Positions 1-14,627 are shown, counted from the stretch's first letter. The stretch is 64,000 nucleotides of DNA from Octopus sinensis (GCF_006345805.1 NC_043003.1:19902001-19966000); one strand, 5' to 3'. Notes: generated from the sequence alone by a model not told the origin. Numbers and translations: made by a program.

Positions 1-186
1 CTTCAAACTTTTCGGATCTTCTACGAATTAGCGTCACAGTGCACACACCAATGAAGAAAGCAAACCCCATTACAAGCTTCAAAAAGAACACAAAGGAACA
101 ATTATAATAAGAAACAGAATCAAGATTTTTCAGAATTCAATAATAGTCAATCATACGCATAAATACTGCAGTATATACATAATTGT

Positions 187-495
187 GGAGGCGCACTGGC
201 CCAGTGGTTAGGGCAGCGGACTCGCGGTCGGAGGATCGCGGTTTCGATTCCCAGACCGGGCGTTGTGTGTGTTTATTGAGCGAAAACACCTAAAAGCTCC
301 ACGAGGCACCGGCAGGGGATGGTGGTGACCCCTGTCGTACTCTTTCGCCACAACTTTCTCTCACTCTCTCTTCCTGTCTCTTGAGTAATGCTGCGATGGA
401 CTGGCGTCCCGTCCAGCTGGAGGAGGGGGAACACATACGTCACAGAAACCGGGAAACCGGGCTCAGGAGCCTGGCTAGGCTTGAAAAGGGCGACG
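187..495 (+). mobile_element. tRNA-derived SINE (head A, tail 1)
   Basis: Head GGAGGCGCACTGGCCCAGTGGTTAGGG (A box) ... GGTTTCGATTCCC (B box); near-identical copy on the minus strand at 48989-49290. Confidence 0.85.
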
Positions 496-816
496 TTTAT
501 CGTATCGTTATATACATAATTATAGACGCTGTGAAAAATACATTACAAAGCAAGAAAAAAATTACAACCGTAATTATATACAAGAAATAAACAATCTCAT
601 AAAAATCGGACGTAATTTCGGACACAATTCATCAAGAACACCTATAATCAAGAAAGGAAAAAAAAAAGACCATAGACAAAATCCTTCAGAAAAATGGCCG
701 ACCTTTGCAGCCAAAGTATGGTACTAAGAAACAATTACGCATTATACTGAATAAATTGCAGTATTAAAAGCGCACGAATGATCCTACCACATCTCATTTC
801 AGTATAATATTTTCAA

Positions 817-1030
817 AAGGCGGCGAACTGGCAGAAACGTTAGAACGCCGGGCGAAATGTCCAGCGGATTTTCGTCTGCCGCTTCGTTCTGCGTAACTGG
901 AACTTAATTTATCGACCCCGAAAGGATGAAAGGCAAAGTCGACCTCGGTGGAATTTGAACTCAGAACGTAACGGCAGACGAAATACGGTTACGCATTTCG
1001 CCTGGCGTGCTAACGATTCTGCCAGCTCAC
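817..1030. mobile_element. SINE family B fold-back: + strand head followed by an inverted copy
   Basis: AAGGCGGCGAACTGGCAGAAACGTTAG...TTCGTTCTG (817-890) followed by the reverse-complement SINE ending ...AACGATTCTGCCAGCTCACC. Confidence 0.8.
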
Positions 1031-1047
1031 CTCAGTCCATAAATATA

Positions 1048-1730
1048 TTGATTTCAAATTTTAGCACAAAGCCGAAAATCTTGTGGGAGGGGCTAGGTCG
1101 ATTACATCGACCCCAGTACTAACTGCTACTTATTTTATAGATCCCGAACGGTAAAGTCGACCTCAGCAGAATTTGAACTCAGAATGCTAAGACGGGCGAA
1201 ATGTCACAAAACATTTTGCCCGGCATGCTAACGAATCTACCTGCTCATCGCCTTATGAACAATGATAATAATAATCCTTACTACTATAGACACAAGGCCT
1301 GCAATTTTGGGGAAGGGGTCTAGTCGATTACATCGACCCCAGTGCGTAACTGGTACTTATTTTATCGACACCGAAAGGAGGATGAACGGCAAAGTCTACC
1401 TCGGCTGAACGGCAAAGTCTAACCCAGAACGTAAGGACAGCCGAAATTCTACTAAGCATTTTGCTCGTAGTGCTAACGATTCTACCAGCACGTCGCCTTA
1501 TGAACAATGATAATAATAAAGTGGATAAAAAGGTCACGTAAGCACACCGGGCAAATTACTTAGCTGTATTTCGTCTTCACGTTTTGAGTTCAAATTCCGC
1601 CGCGGTCGACTTTACTTTTCATCCTTTCGGGCTCGATAAATTAAGTGCTAGTTGCGTAGTGGGGTCGATCTAATCGACTGGCCCCGTCTCCAGAAATTTC
1701 CGTTCTTGTGCCGAGAGTAGAAAAGAATAA
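1048..1730. mobile_element. Cluster of three SINE family B copies (-,-,+)
   Basis: Core GAGTTCAAATTCCGCCGAGGTCGACTTTGCCTTTCATCCTTTCGGGGTCGATAAA or its reverse complement at ~1048-1254, ~1272-1499 and ~1540-1730. Confidence 0.8.
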
Positions 1731-2576
1731 TAAAGCAGGTAAAGCTATGCTAGTTCTTTCTTCTAGAAACTATAGATTCCATATAAATTAATTGAATGTT
1801 AAGTGAACTGGAGAGCGTATTTAGGAAAACCAGGAAATTACTAACTGAATAACGAATCCATCATCCCAAGGTGACTTAGATAGCGTACACATATCACTCA
1901 AAAATTAAGAGGCTTAATGCAAATAGAAAATGTCTACAAAGCGAGTACAGTGAGTTCAAAAAAGTACTTAAAGAGAGAAAAGTTAGATTGATTATAAGGG
2001 ATAAGACTTAATAGACAAATAATAACGAGACGTAAGAAAATATGATTAATTGAAGAAGAAAAGAAAACCCGAACTTTTAGCCTCTATTTTAGGAAAAAAA
2101 AAAAAAAAAAACGTCGCAAAGAGAAAATGATTTAGATGAGGATAAAATAATGGGAAAAAATAAAACAAAAAGTCGGAGAGAAAATGTAAAAATGGACACA
2201 CACGCACGCACGCAAACAAACACACATATATATTGATATACATGTGTATACACACACACGCACACACACACATATATACATGTTTGTATGTATATGTTAG
2301 GAAAACAAAAACTCTTGTAAAACAAAAACAGCACAACAAAGTCCGCGCGAAGAAATAATCCACTGTAAAAGTCAACAATAGTTTAAAAGATCACCAGCTG
2401 CATAAGGTCGATGTCTGGCTACTAAGAACTCTAAGAATATAATTAAATGCTAAGGTCAAGCGCGAACTATGCAGTCAACATCAATAAACATTTGAACGTT
2501 CTCATTTCTAACTGCAACTTGTTATGTTAACTTCAGGTCAGTCTTGCTGAAGTAGACCTAGGGTTATATACGAGCC

Positions 2577-2613
<37 letters not shown>

Positions 2614-3014
2614 TAATAATAATAATAATTACGTATTATTTTCGGACTTGGGCATATACTATCAATCTCTTTTGCTGAATCGTTAAGTTACGACGACGTA
2701 AAACAACACTGGTTGCCCAGCGATGTGTGTGTTCAAACATACATACATACATACATACATACATACATACATACATACATACATACATACATACATACAT
2801 GCATACATACATACACACACACACACATACATACATACACGCACACACACACACAAACACATTTATATGTATAAATAGACAGGAAAGATTGTCGGAAGGG
2901 GTTTGAGTAGTTGAAGGACTAATAGAAGCTTGAGAATATTTAAGGTTATAAAGTATTAACCCGCTACTCACATAATTTCTACAAGGAATAAGAACAAACC
3001 CGAGCCAAATCGAG

Positions 3015-3134
<120 letters not shown>

Positions 3135-3164
3135 TGATGATAAAAGCAATAATAATAACAATAA

Positions 3165-3720
3165 ATGCCCTGATGCAGTACCAGATAGTGGATCTCATGG
3201 CTGCCGGTCTTAACTGATTGGAAGTGTCATCATGTACATTGTTTTGTCTTGGTATAAAAGATGGACTACAGCAAATATTCTGCTCAATACCACAGATTTG
3301 CTTGTCAGTTATTTGACCTTAACCAGTTGACCATGCTTCTTAGTAGCTGACGATATGTTCATCTCTGATCACGAGCAGAAGTAGCGGGGGAGCATCATAG
3401 CCGTGTGTTGAAAGGAATTCTTAGAGGTTTGGATAATTCACCTTTGGAAACATGGGTGGTTCGTTCAACATCCTTAAACAATCCTTATTCAGGGACCTTT
3501 TGAGCGGGATGGGCTACTCGACCAGAAGAAAATTCTAACTGGGCCCCACTTGCAAGGTCATGCGACGCTTATCTTAATATGAGATTACCATGTCGCGCAC
3601 ATATGGCTGTGATGTATGCACCTGGTGTACCCTTATCAGACGGGTAGTCATGATGGGTATACTGAGCTTGGTATATTTTATCCCAGTGTCATTTTGATGG
3701 CATGCACTGCTCTCTCACTC
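3165..3720. repeat. ~555-bp non-coding dispersed element embedded in (AAT)n
   Basis: Bounded on both sides by (AAT)n; its first ~100 bp recur at 22735-22835. Confidence 0.7.
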
Positions 3721-3760
<40 letters not shown>

Positions 3761-4185
3761 TTAATAATAATAATGATAATAATAATGATAATAATAATAA
3801 TAATCCTTTCTACTGGAAGCACAAGGGTATGGGATTAAGTCGATTACATAGATTCCAGTACGTAACTGGTATTATTTTATCATCGACCTCGATAGAATGA
3901 AAAGCAGTCAGCCTCGGCGGAATTTGATCTTAAAACGTAAAGACATGAATACAACTATCTAGTTATCAGATATAGACATATATCAAACACAAGATGGCCA
4001 AGTTACTGAACCAATCACTAACTCTGCCATTTCTATATAGAATCATTCATAAGCAGTCCGTCTCATTTGTGTGTAGCACTTCTAGACATTACTGCAAACA
4101 CTATTCTAAAATACTAAACCTGAAACACAGTCCACACGCAAAATATTCCTCATCGCACATTCATTCAAAAGTAGCAACGTAGGCA

Positions 4186-4379
4186 TACGACGTGATGCTG
4201 AAAAGTTCCTGGCCTTAAGAAGCCAAACTTTCTAAGTTCTTTTACAGAGTTTAGAAAAACTGAAGGCCCGCTCTAATAAGTGTGTGAATCTGAGAGGGGA
4301 ATATGTTGAATAAAATCATAACTGATCCTCCTGTATTTTATTTGACCCAAAGCCAGGAACTTTTCAGCACTTTCTCGTG
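4186..4379 (+). mobile_element. mariner-derived MITE (plus a second deletion derivative at ~4453-4545)
   Basis: TIRs TGCTGAAAAGTTCCTGGC / GCCAGGAACTTTTCAGCA; internal remnant translates to the transposase C-terminus NKCVNLRGEYVE*. Confidence 0.8.
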
Positions 4380-4392
4380 TGTGTGTGTGTGT

Positions 4393-4438
<46 letters not shown>

Positions 4439-4906
4439 GTGTGGTGTGTGTGCATGAGGGGGTGCTGAAAAACCGAAGGACCACTGCAATAAGTGTGTGA
4501 ATCTGTGAATAAAATCGTAATTAACTGATCGTCCTGTATTTTCTTTTCTATATTTGTGGTGGGAGGGCTGAGGGGGCGCTAGGAATGTGGCCCGGGTACC
4601 AAGGGGGCAGCAGCCTGAAAATTTTGGGTATACAGTGTATATCAAAGATAGACGGGACAGTTGAATGAACTGTTACGTTCCATACTGTCCCAGTGCTTCA
4701 CATACAATAAACACCTGCATTTCGAAGTGTGATTAGTAAGGACTATAGATCGATATCTATAGGTATAAATAGATATCTGGATCGGATCTTTATTATTACA
4801 CGATCGATTATCAGCGTGCCATAACATGACTACTCGTTGATAGCTGACCTAGGGCTAAACAATCCAGAATACTACTAACTGAAAAAAAAACCCCAAAACA
4901 AAATAA

Positions 4907-5009
4907 AACAATGATGATGACGAGGACCAAGTCGCCGATGACGATGACGATGATGATGATGATGATGATAATGATGATGATGATGATGATGATGGTAATG
5001 ATGATAGTA

Positions 5010-5043
<34 letters not shown>

Positions 5044-5319
5044 GATGATGATGGTAATGATGATGGTAATGATGATGATGATGATGATAATGATGATGAT
5101 GATGATGATGATAATGATGATGATGATGATAATGATGATAATGATGATGATGATGATGTGATGATGATGATGATGATGGTAATGATGATGATGATGATGA
5201 CGATGATGATGATGATGATGTTGATGACAATGATGGTGACGACGATGTTGATGATGATGGTGATGGTGATGATGATGATGATGATGATGATGATGACGAT
5301 GATGGTAATGATGATAGTA

Positions 5320-5361
<42 letters not shown>

Positions 5362-6225
5362 GTAATGATGATGGTAATGATGATGATGATGATGATAATG
5401 ATGATGATGATGATAATGATGATGATGATGGTAATGATGATAATGATGATGATGATGATGATGATGATAATGATGATGATGATGATGATGATGATGATGG
5501 TAATGATGATGATGATGATGACGATGATGATGATGATGATGATGATGATGACGATGATGATGATGATGATGATGGTAATGATGATGGAATGATGATGATG
5601 ATGATGACGATGATGTTGATGATGATAAGAAAAGCTGAGTAGATAGAAACTGCGCCGACATGTGTGTTAAAATACATGAGTTTTATCTCTCCATTACAGT
5701 TTATGTCCCTAAGCCAACAACATTCACAAGAAGAATACAAAAGAAAGAAAAGAAAAAAGAAGAAAATAGAAGAGGGCCGAGGAGAAGAAGAAAAGAACGA
5801 CGACGATGATGATGATGATGGAATGGTAATAGCTGTGAGGGTGATAGTGATGATGTTCTTGATGATGATGGTGATGAGGATAAAGACGATAATGATAATG
5901 ATGATGGTGGTGGTGGTGATAATGATTATGATGATAAAGATGATGATAATGGTAATAATGATGATGATGGTGATGATGATAAAGATGATAATGATGGTGG
6001 TGGTGGCGGTGGTGATGATAATGATGATGATGATGAAGACGATGATAATAGTAATAATGATGATGATGGTGATGATGAGAAAGATGATAATGATGGTGGT
6101 GGTGGTGGTGGTGGTGGTGATAATGATTATGATGATGATGAAGATGATGATAATGGTAATAATGATGATGATAATGGTAATAATGATGATGATAATGGTA
6201 ATAATGATGATGATGGTGATGATGA
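4907..6225. repeat. Two long imperfect (GAT)n microsatellite blocks
   Basis: ~4907-5625 and ~5795-6225; source of the poly-M/H/S/I pseudo-ORFs. Confidence 0.95.
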
Positions 6226-6619
6226 AAGCAAAAAGAGACCCCCCCCAAAAAAAAACCCCAAAGATAAGTAAAAGAATAAAGTAAAACAAAACCAGGAAAA
6301 GGATAAGGAAGAGGAAACGGTGAAGGGAAATCTGACAGAAGCGAATAAGAAAAAGAAACCAATTCCCCTCACCCACCCCACCCCAGAAGTTTGAATTGTA
6401 ATTCTATCTTAGAATGCAAATGATTCCAATAGCCGGAGGCTACTCAGTAGGGATGCCAACTAGTTAAAAATTTATTCAAAATTGAAAGTTAGAAAGGTTC
6501 AAGAGCACTCCCCTTCCACTCATGCGCATGCGTATGTCTCAGTTTACACGCATGCAAGTCTATATAAATGTGTGAGAGTATGTGCGTGTGTGTGCCTGTA
6601 TGTGTGTGTGTATATGTTT

Positions 6620-6976
<357 letters not shown>

Positions 6977-7086
6977 GTCAGGAGAGATAGAGAGAGATAG
7001 CCTATCAAAAGCTTGTGCTTGTGAAGGTGTTTGGCACACACACACACATTTACGTATCCATACATATGTGTATGAACAACACATAG

Positions 7087-7121
<35 letters not shown>

Positions 7122-8419
7122 TACATGCATACATGATCTATACATATAAACACCCCCGCACGCACACATACATTCATACAAACGTACATAATACATACTA
7201 GTATAATATTTGGTGTTGTCCAACTAAAAGTACTTGTGTATCGCCCAGAACTGTCCTAAACGAAGGTATATTCGATTTAATAAAAGATTATTATTGATCG
7301 TCACTTAAAAAAATGGTGTCTTCCTGAGACGAAACGAAACTACGTTTACAGCTGTACAATATTTAATGCGCTCTGCTACAGGAGACCGAGAATCAATATT
7401 AGTAATATATTTTGTAATGCAATTATGTAATTAACATATCATTTGAATTTACCATTAAACATTATATTTTATTGGTTTTATTTTGAAATTTTTAACGTCT
7501 TTAAAATAATTTTTAAAATGAGTAAAAATTGGAATTTCAGTGGTTAAATCACTCATGAAAATAAAACCGTTTTTATAACGTGTGAAGCAGAAGAACTTGG
7601 AAGAAATTAATACTTCCAAACATTGCAGCTGGCCAGAAGCAATGCATGCATTTAAAAAATGATATGGAGAGTTGCAATGAACCCTTAAGTAGTAGATCTT
7701 CGTGTTTTAAGTTCAAATCCCGCCGAAGTCAACTTGGCCATTTATCCTTTAGGGAGCGTTGTAAAATATTCCGAGTGGCGGATTAGCAGTGCTGTAAAAA
7801 CATCGGACCAGGTGCTTTGCTTGTAATATTTGTTCCAGATATTTGTATTCTGAGTTCAAATCTCGCCGAGCTCAACTTTCGGAGGTGGGCACAAAGGTTT
7901 CAAATCCATGTTGGTGGATTGGCGGGACTGTGGGAACGTCGGACCAGATATCTTCTGGTATTTGTTTCGGATACTTGCCTTCTTAGTTAAAATTTTGTTT
8001 AGGCTGTAGACCTTAAACGTCGCCCGTTTTAACAACACCACCCAGTACCTTGGGTGCCTTTGGCAGAGCCCACTCTTCAGACCAGGTCAGCTCTTTCAGG
8101 ACACTTTCCATTATCCCTTCCAACGTTAAGTTCCTGTAAAGAGTTATGGACGATGCTTTTCCTCCTGACTACAAAATTAAATAAAATAAAAAGGCATCGA
8201 AGGGGCGATGCATGCCCTGCACACAGATAATTTTTTTCGCAAATTATAGTGTGGCTTACAATTCGTTGCTTAACCCAAATTTTTTTCAAGTATCACCATA
8301 ATAGGTATTTATACTCCGGTGAAATTAAGAAATCAACTCGTAAATAACCGAAGCTCTTGACTCCATCACTGTACACACACACACCCATGCGCGCGCACAG
8401 ACACGCGCACACACGCACG

Positions 8420-8494
<75 letters not shown>

Positions 8495-8854
8495 ATTCAA
8501 TTCTTAGTCAGTCATAGCTGAGAAAAATCTAAATTACACGACTGCATAAATTCTTTTAGATTAAATGAGCTCTAGGACTCATAAACCCGGAGCTTAATCT
8601 GGTTTACTTGGTGTATAGTACATGATTGAGGTGACAACATTTTCTACTGAATGAGACGCCTGTCTCTCGCAGGGTTAACTTCCCATCTATTGCTGGAACG
8701 CGTTTACAGTTGAGTTGATAGGAACTACTTTAAATAAAGTATTTTTGTTCAAGAACACGTCGCGCTGCCTAATCCGAGAATTGAACCTACGATATTACAG
8801 TCACGAGGGCATTCACCTCCATAGCCATATTATTGGAGAACCATTTTCTGTCTC

Positions 8855-9261
8855 TTTACTCTTTACTCTGTTACTTGTTTCAGTCATTTGACTGTAGCCA
8901 TGCTGGAGCACCGCCTTTAGTCTAGCAAATCGACCCCAGGACTTATTGTTTGTAAGCCTAGTACTTATTCTATCGGTCTCTTTTGCCGAACCGCTGAGTT
9001 ACGGGGACGTATACAAACCAGCATCATGTTGGGGGACAAATACAGATGCACAAACATATACACACACACATACACACGCATATATATACATATATACGAC
9101 GGGCTTCTTTCAGTTTCCGTCTACCAAATCCACTCACAAGGCTTTAGTCGGCCCGACGCTATAGTAGAAGACACTTGCCCAAGGTGCCCCGCAGCGAGAC
9201 TGAACCCGGAACCATGTGGTTGGTAAGCAAGCTACTTACAACACAGCCACTCCTACGCCTA
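8855..9261 (-). mobile_element. SINE family D (tRNA-derived head, internal TA/TG microsatellite, GTAAAAGA tail)
   Basis: Minus strand reads GTAGGAGTGGCTGTGT..TAAGTAGCTTGC..GGGTTCAGTC..GGCAAGTGTCTTC ... GACTGAAACAAGTAA; about 10 copies in the window. Confidence 0.85.
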
Positions 9262-10679
9262 TGTCTAGCAATAAACTTGAAGGTTCTCAGGAATATACAA
9301 TTAATGCAGGATAGTAAACACATTATTGCCCATTGATTGGCAGGAATTGCTATATTATAGAAATATCAGCAACAGTCACCAGTTGACATGGCTGATTGCA
9401 ACATTTTGGGGCACAAGTATTAATCTTTTGCATATCCATTTGCGTGTTAGGTAATGATGTTTCCTGTTAGAATCACCTCCAATATCAATTTGTCTGCTGT
9501 CTTAACCCTTGTGCTTACAGGAACTGCGTTCCTGATGACATTGCTTTCGGAAGAAAAACTCCTCTCTTGATCATGAAACAAATTTTTAACAAAAACTGAC
9601 CAGATATCTGATCTTGACAGAAGATGTACGTTAGTGTTTGTAGATTATTAGAAGAGTTTAAGTTTAGTCTAGAGTGTCGTCGTTTTAAGGAAAGCACCGA
9701 TATAATTGGCTTTGGTACTTTTTGAAATGGTTGACTGGGTATTAGGAAAGTAACTTGATATCACAGCTATTTATTTCGTTTAATCTCAATTGTCACCGAA
9801 GCCCTGCACTGTTTTGCCCAGATCTTCTTAAGTTCTCTTGCGCGCTCAGGTCTTCTATATCTCTCTTGTGTGCCACTAACTCTAGACAATAATCTGGCAT
9901 ATCCCAAGAACTGTTTGATTCCCGATATTCTTCGCAATGTTGCATAACAAGTGCATCATCTGCGCCTAAGTGAAAGAGTAACATAACAGAATACAAATCT
10001 CTCTGGTCTGTCGTGAGCCTAGATTCATTGTCAAGGATACAGTCTGTTAATGTGTCAACTCAACGCTCTTCTCTTTTAAATTTCTGTTGAAGATATATTG
10101 ATTTCAGAGCAGTTTAGACAGTTTATATATTTGAAATATATTAGACAGGTCATATATTTGAAATGTTTGTGAGTTATTTTCCCTTGTTGCAGCCTCGTGA
10201 AATCTCTCAAGAGACATTTCTTAAGTATTTGAAGAAAGCTTTTCAAAATCTTTTGCTATATTAGACAGTTTTTAAGACAATACTAAAAACTATTCACGCT
10301 TTTATAATCTTTTGATATTGTTTTTTGTTCTCTTAAAAAGCAAAGCAAATTAATTTTGCTTGAAGTATTCCAAGAATGTAATTCTAACTGTGGGAATTTG
10401 ATTTTTGCCACTTGATTGGTTTCCGAAATATATACGCATCTAATTGATGAACGAGAGAGATACCAATATCAAGGTTGATTAAACCATTTTAAGATGACTT
10501 AATTTATAACATTGATTACATTTTATTTTCCACTCGACTTTGCGTACGTGAATGCGTGGTCAAATTTATCCTGTTGCTGCTGATATAGTTGTTGTTGTTG
10601 CCATTGTTTTTATTGTTGTTATAATTGTTGTTGTTACTGCTCCTGCTGTTGCTGTTGATGCTATTGTTTCTGTTGTTTG

Positions 10680-10820
10680 GCTCTAGGTCAGCGTTGTTCG
10701 AATTTACATAAGATTGATCAAAAGTATTCCGGCCGTAATCAGACATATTTAAGACTACATTATCCAATGCGTTGTTACTTCTAGCAGGCTGATCGACCAC
10801 GTAGAGGCATCCGCATTGAA
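10680..10820 (-). repeat. Old dispersed retroposon family E with an (AAC)n tail
   Basis: Diagnostic GATTT(A/G)GCTGCTATTTCTAGCA or its reverse complement at ~30105, ~46330, ~50460, ~51325, ~53215 and ~63640; copies usually abut (GTT)n/(AAC)n. Confidence 0.6.
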
Positions 10821-11582
10821 TCAGTCAACTTTGAGTTTTACTAAAAGACCTGAGTTAACCAATCACAAATTAACTCACTCTCTCGAGAAATATATTTTGT
10901 AAATAAAACAAGGAAACCGTGTTACTACGTTGTAGATGTATTTAGAAAAAATGTTTTGACACTTTACAATACATGATATTTTATACTAAAAGTGGCGAAT
11001 GTTACGTTATATGTGTATTTTAATTGGCTTTCAGGATGTATTATTCCACGATGTATTAGTAATTATGTTAGTTTTAATTAGCAGATCTAACATAATTGGA
11101 TGTGCTCTTTATAACGCCTAAGATATCTCGTGTAGACGGCAAATGCTTAAGAGCACTGATAATATAGGTTGAAGATATTTCGTCAGCACCGGCGGATGAC
11201 ACTCTTATATCACACGATTTCCCCGTATTACAGATCGTCATTAACAATTAGCCAAACACCGAATGCCAGACCCAAAAACTCAGCCAAACCGATGTAATTT
11301 AGTACCGGTTAAACAGCCAGTGATGTCGCGAATAACTTGTGGGATGTGTATGAATTAGCTGTTTGCAACAGATGCAGCTTTTGTAATGAAAACGTTTAAT
11401 TTAACTTCTAACATAGATATCAAAGATGTAATGAACAAAATTTTATGTCACAGAATATGTTGTTTGCGTGAAGCTATTTCAAAATATGTATATATACGTT
11501 TGCGTATTGTTTTTACAAGATTCTTGATGTGAAATCACGTGTTGAAACGGTTATTGTGAGATATACATACATGCATATATAT

Positions 11583-11645
<63 letters not shown>

Positions 11646-11746
11646 ATATATATATATATATAATTGAGATTCAGTTGAATTAGGTACTTAAGTTGAAGCA
11701 CCAAGTCAGTTCAGTATTATTCGCACAGCTCGAAGTAAGGTGAATG

Positions 11747-11884
11747 AAATCAAAATAAGCAACAGGATATCAAGTAGTGATGCAGTACGACCGTTTCAAG
11801 CGACTCCATTTAATTGAACAATGCAATCATTGCAGTGCAGTCATACTGCACCACTACTTGATATCCTGTTGCTTATTTTGATTT
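11747..11884. repeat. Fold-back inverted repeat, 45-bp arms
   Basis: 11747-11791 is the reverse complement of 11840-11884 with 2 mismatches; abuts (TA)n. Confidence 0.9.
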
Positions 11885-12055
11885 TATATATATATATCTA
11901 TATATATGGACTAATGGGTTCGACAAGTGTGTTGAAGTGTTCGGTAGAGCACTGGCACAGTTTGGGCTATCTGGTGTCATCCGCAGCCGGAGTATATTAC
12001 CGTTGAATCGACTTCAGGATCTCTGCAGTGTTAGTTGAGATAGTAATAATAATAG

Positions 12056-12138
12056 TTCATTAGTAACCAGAAGATGGATGGTATAATCTTTATTTTGTAA
12101 CGATTAATACCAAACCCATCTTCTGGTTACTTAAGAAA
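12056..12138. repeat. Fold-back inverted repeat
   Basis: AGTAACCAGAAGATGG (12062-12077) / CCATCTTCTGGTTACT (12116-12131), imperfect extension; abuts (TA)n. Confidence 0.8.
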
Positions 12139-12144
12139 TATTAT

Positions 12145-12211
<67 letters not shown>

Positions 12212-12216
12212 GTATG

Positions 12217-12250
<34 letters not shown>

Positions 12251-12394
12251 ATATTATATATATATATATATATACATACATATATATACATACGTACATA
12301 CAAATATATAAACAGACCCTGTGTTTGTGGACAAAATGACCATCCTCAAATATGTGTGAGTGTGTGTATATATATATATATATGTGTGTGTGTG

Positions 12395-12471
<77 letters not shown>

Positions 12472-12979
12472 CTCTGTCTGTCTGTCTGTCTGTCTATCTA
12501 ACTTTGAATAGAATGCCTCGTGGTATACCAACTCTGTGCAATCTTGAATTCAAATCTCGTTGCGGTATCAACTTTGTCTTTCAACCTTTCGGGACCGATA
12601 AAAATGTACCAAATTACCAATCTAGCGCTTTTTAATTAGCGGAATTCTTAGAGGATCGGACGGGATGATTTATACATTTTTGAGTTCAAATGCAACTTCA
12701 TCACCAATAAATGATGACACTAGCTGCTTGAGTTGCAACAGAAAGATAGTATCAACAATATGAAAAACCAATGGGAACATATTATCCTTGGTTAAATCGG
12801 AAGATCGCCTGACGCCATCATCTACGTTTAATCTTTTACTAGTCTAATGCTGTACCACACATCAGTCTGTTCACGTCCTCCATGTCTGTTTCTGGGAGGC
12901 AAAGGTTTTGTTTGGTTTCTCTGGGACAGTTTTGTATAGCAAGCTATATATTTCTTATAAGAAAATCTAACGTCTAGAT

Positions 12980-13210
12980 CAGTGGTTCTCAACGAGGGCC
13001 CAAACCACTGTTGAGGGTTCATTCGGCCATTGAGAGTCCATACGGCCGTTGGAAGACCATGTGGCCGTTGGGGATCATGCTGCTTTTGGGGTTCCATATA
13101 AGATTTAGATGTTAAAAATTATATGCATTAAATTGGTCATCCTTCGACAATACACAAAATAATTTTACAATTTTTTTTTATACAATTCCTAATGATATTC
13201 AAGTACAAAA
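12980..13210 (+). mobile_element. hAT-type MITE left end
   Basis: CAGTGGTTCTCAAC terminus typical of hAT/Charlie-like MITEs; other end not found. Confidence 0.5.
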
Positions 13211-13217
13211 ATATACT

Positions 13218-13581
13218 CTCTTTCTTTTATTGCTTTACTTGTTTCAGTCATTTGACTGTGGCCATGCTGGAGCACCACCCTTAGTCGAGCAAATCGACCC
13301 CAGGACTTATTCTTTGTAAGCCTAGTACTTATTCTATCGGTCACTTTTGCCGAACCTCTAGGTTACGGGGAAGTAAACACACCAGCATCGGTTGTCAAGC
13401 GATGTTGGGGGGGGGGGGGACAAACACAGACACACAAACATATGTACAAATACACGCACTTATATATATATATATATATATATGACAGGCTTCTATCAGT
13501 TTCCGTCTACCAAATCCACTCACAAGGCTTTGGTCGGCCCGAGGCTATAGTAGAAGACAATTGGCCAAGGTGCCACGCAGT
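13218..13581 (-). mobile_element. SINE family D
   Basis: Matches 8855-9261; 5' truncated. Confidence 0.85.
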
Positions 13582-13849
13582 TGTTGGTATTTTCATCTGA
13601 ATGACTATAATCAAGCAAAGATCAACCAGCTTTGCGAGAGAGAGAGAGAGGGGGTAATCGAGAGGAATTGACTGGTATTTTATTTATCGACTTCAGAAAG
13701 ATGAAGGACAAAATTTGCGCCGGCGTGAATTGAGCTCAGAATGCAAAGAACCATAAAAATACCACAAACCATTTACTCGACGCTTTCACGATTACGCCAA
13801 TAGATGGTCTTTACAAATACATACACAAACCTGCACGCATAGATTGTTA

Positions 13850-13875
13850 GATAGATAAATAGATAGACAGATAGG

Positions 13876-13943
<68 letters not shown>

Positions 13944-14296
13944 AGATAGATGGATGGATGGATAGATGGATGGATGGATGGATGGATGGAGGGATGGATG
14001 GATAGATAGATAGATGGATGGATGGATAGGTAGATAGATAGATGGATGGATAGATAGATGGATGGATGAATAGACAGATGGATGGATGGATGGATGGGTG
14101 GATAAATAGGTAGATGAATAGACGGATAGATAGATGGATAGATGGATAGATAGATGGATGGATGGATGGATAGGTAGATAGATGGATGGGTGGATGGATA
14201 GATAGATAGATAGATAGATGGATGGGTGGATAGATAGATGGATGGATGGATAGGTAGATAGATAGATGGATGGATAGATGACTGGCTGGCTGGCTG

Positions 14297-14330
<34 letters not shown>

Positions 14331-14341
14331 GATAGAGATAG

Positions 14342-14382
<41 letters not shown>

Positions 14383-14385
14383 TAA
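13850..14385. repeat. (GATA)n/(GGAT)n compound microsatellite
   Basis: Read directly from the sequence. Confidence 0.95.
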
Positions 14386-14481
14386 GTAGATAAGTAGAGC
14401 AAGTGAGGGAGTGAAGGAGAGACAGATCGGAGGAAAATATTGAAATTGTTTGCATATTGTAACGCCAGTGTGTCGAATAAT

Positions 14482-14524
<43 letters not shown>

Positions 14525-14582
14525 TAGGGAAAGAAAGAAAGAGTATAGCAGTAAGACTAAAACTAGGCAACGTATAAGAAGG

Positions 14583-14627
<45 letters not shown>

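Noticed and set aside
187-262. tRNA gene
   Set aside because: A SINE head: continues into the SINE body, no proper acceptor stem or terminator, multiple diverged copies
4811-6376. 521-aa ORF and overlapping poly-His/Met/Ser ORFs
   Set aside because: Translations of (GAT/CAT)n, open in several frames on both strands, with no domain signal
9280-10515. Possible degraded PLE coding sequence on the minus strand
   Set aside because: Only vague motif resemblances (GADDALV, a CxxC); too weak to call by eye
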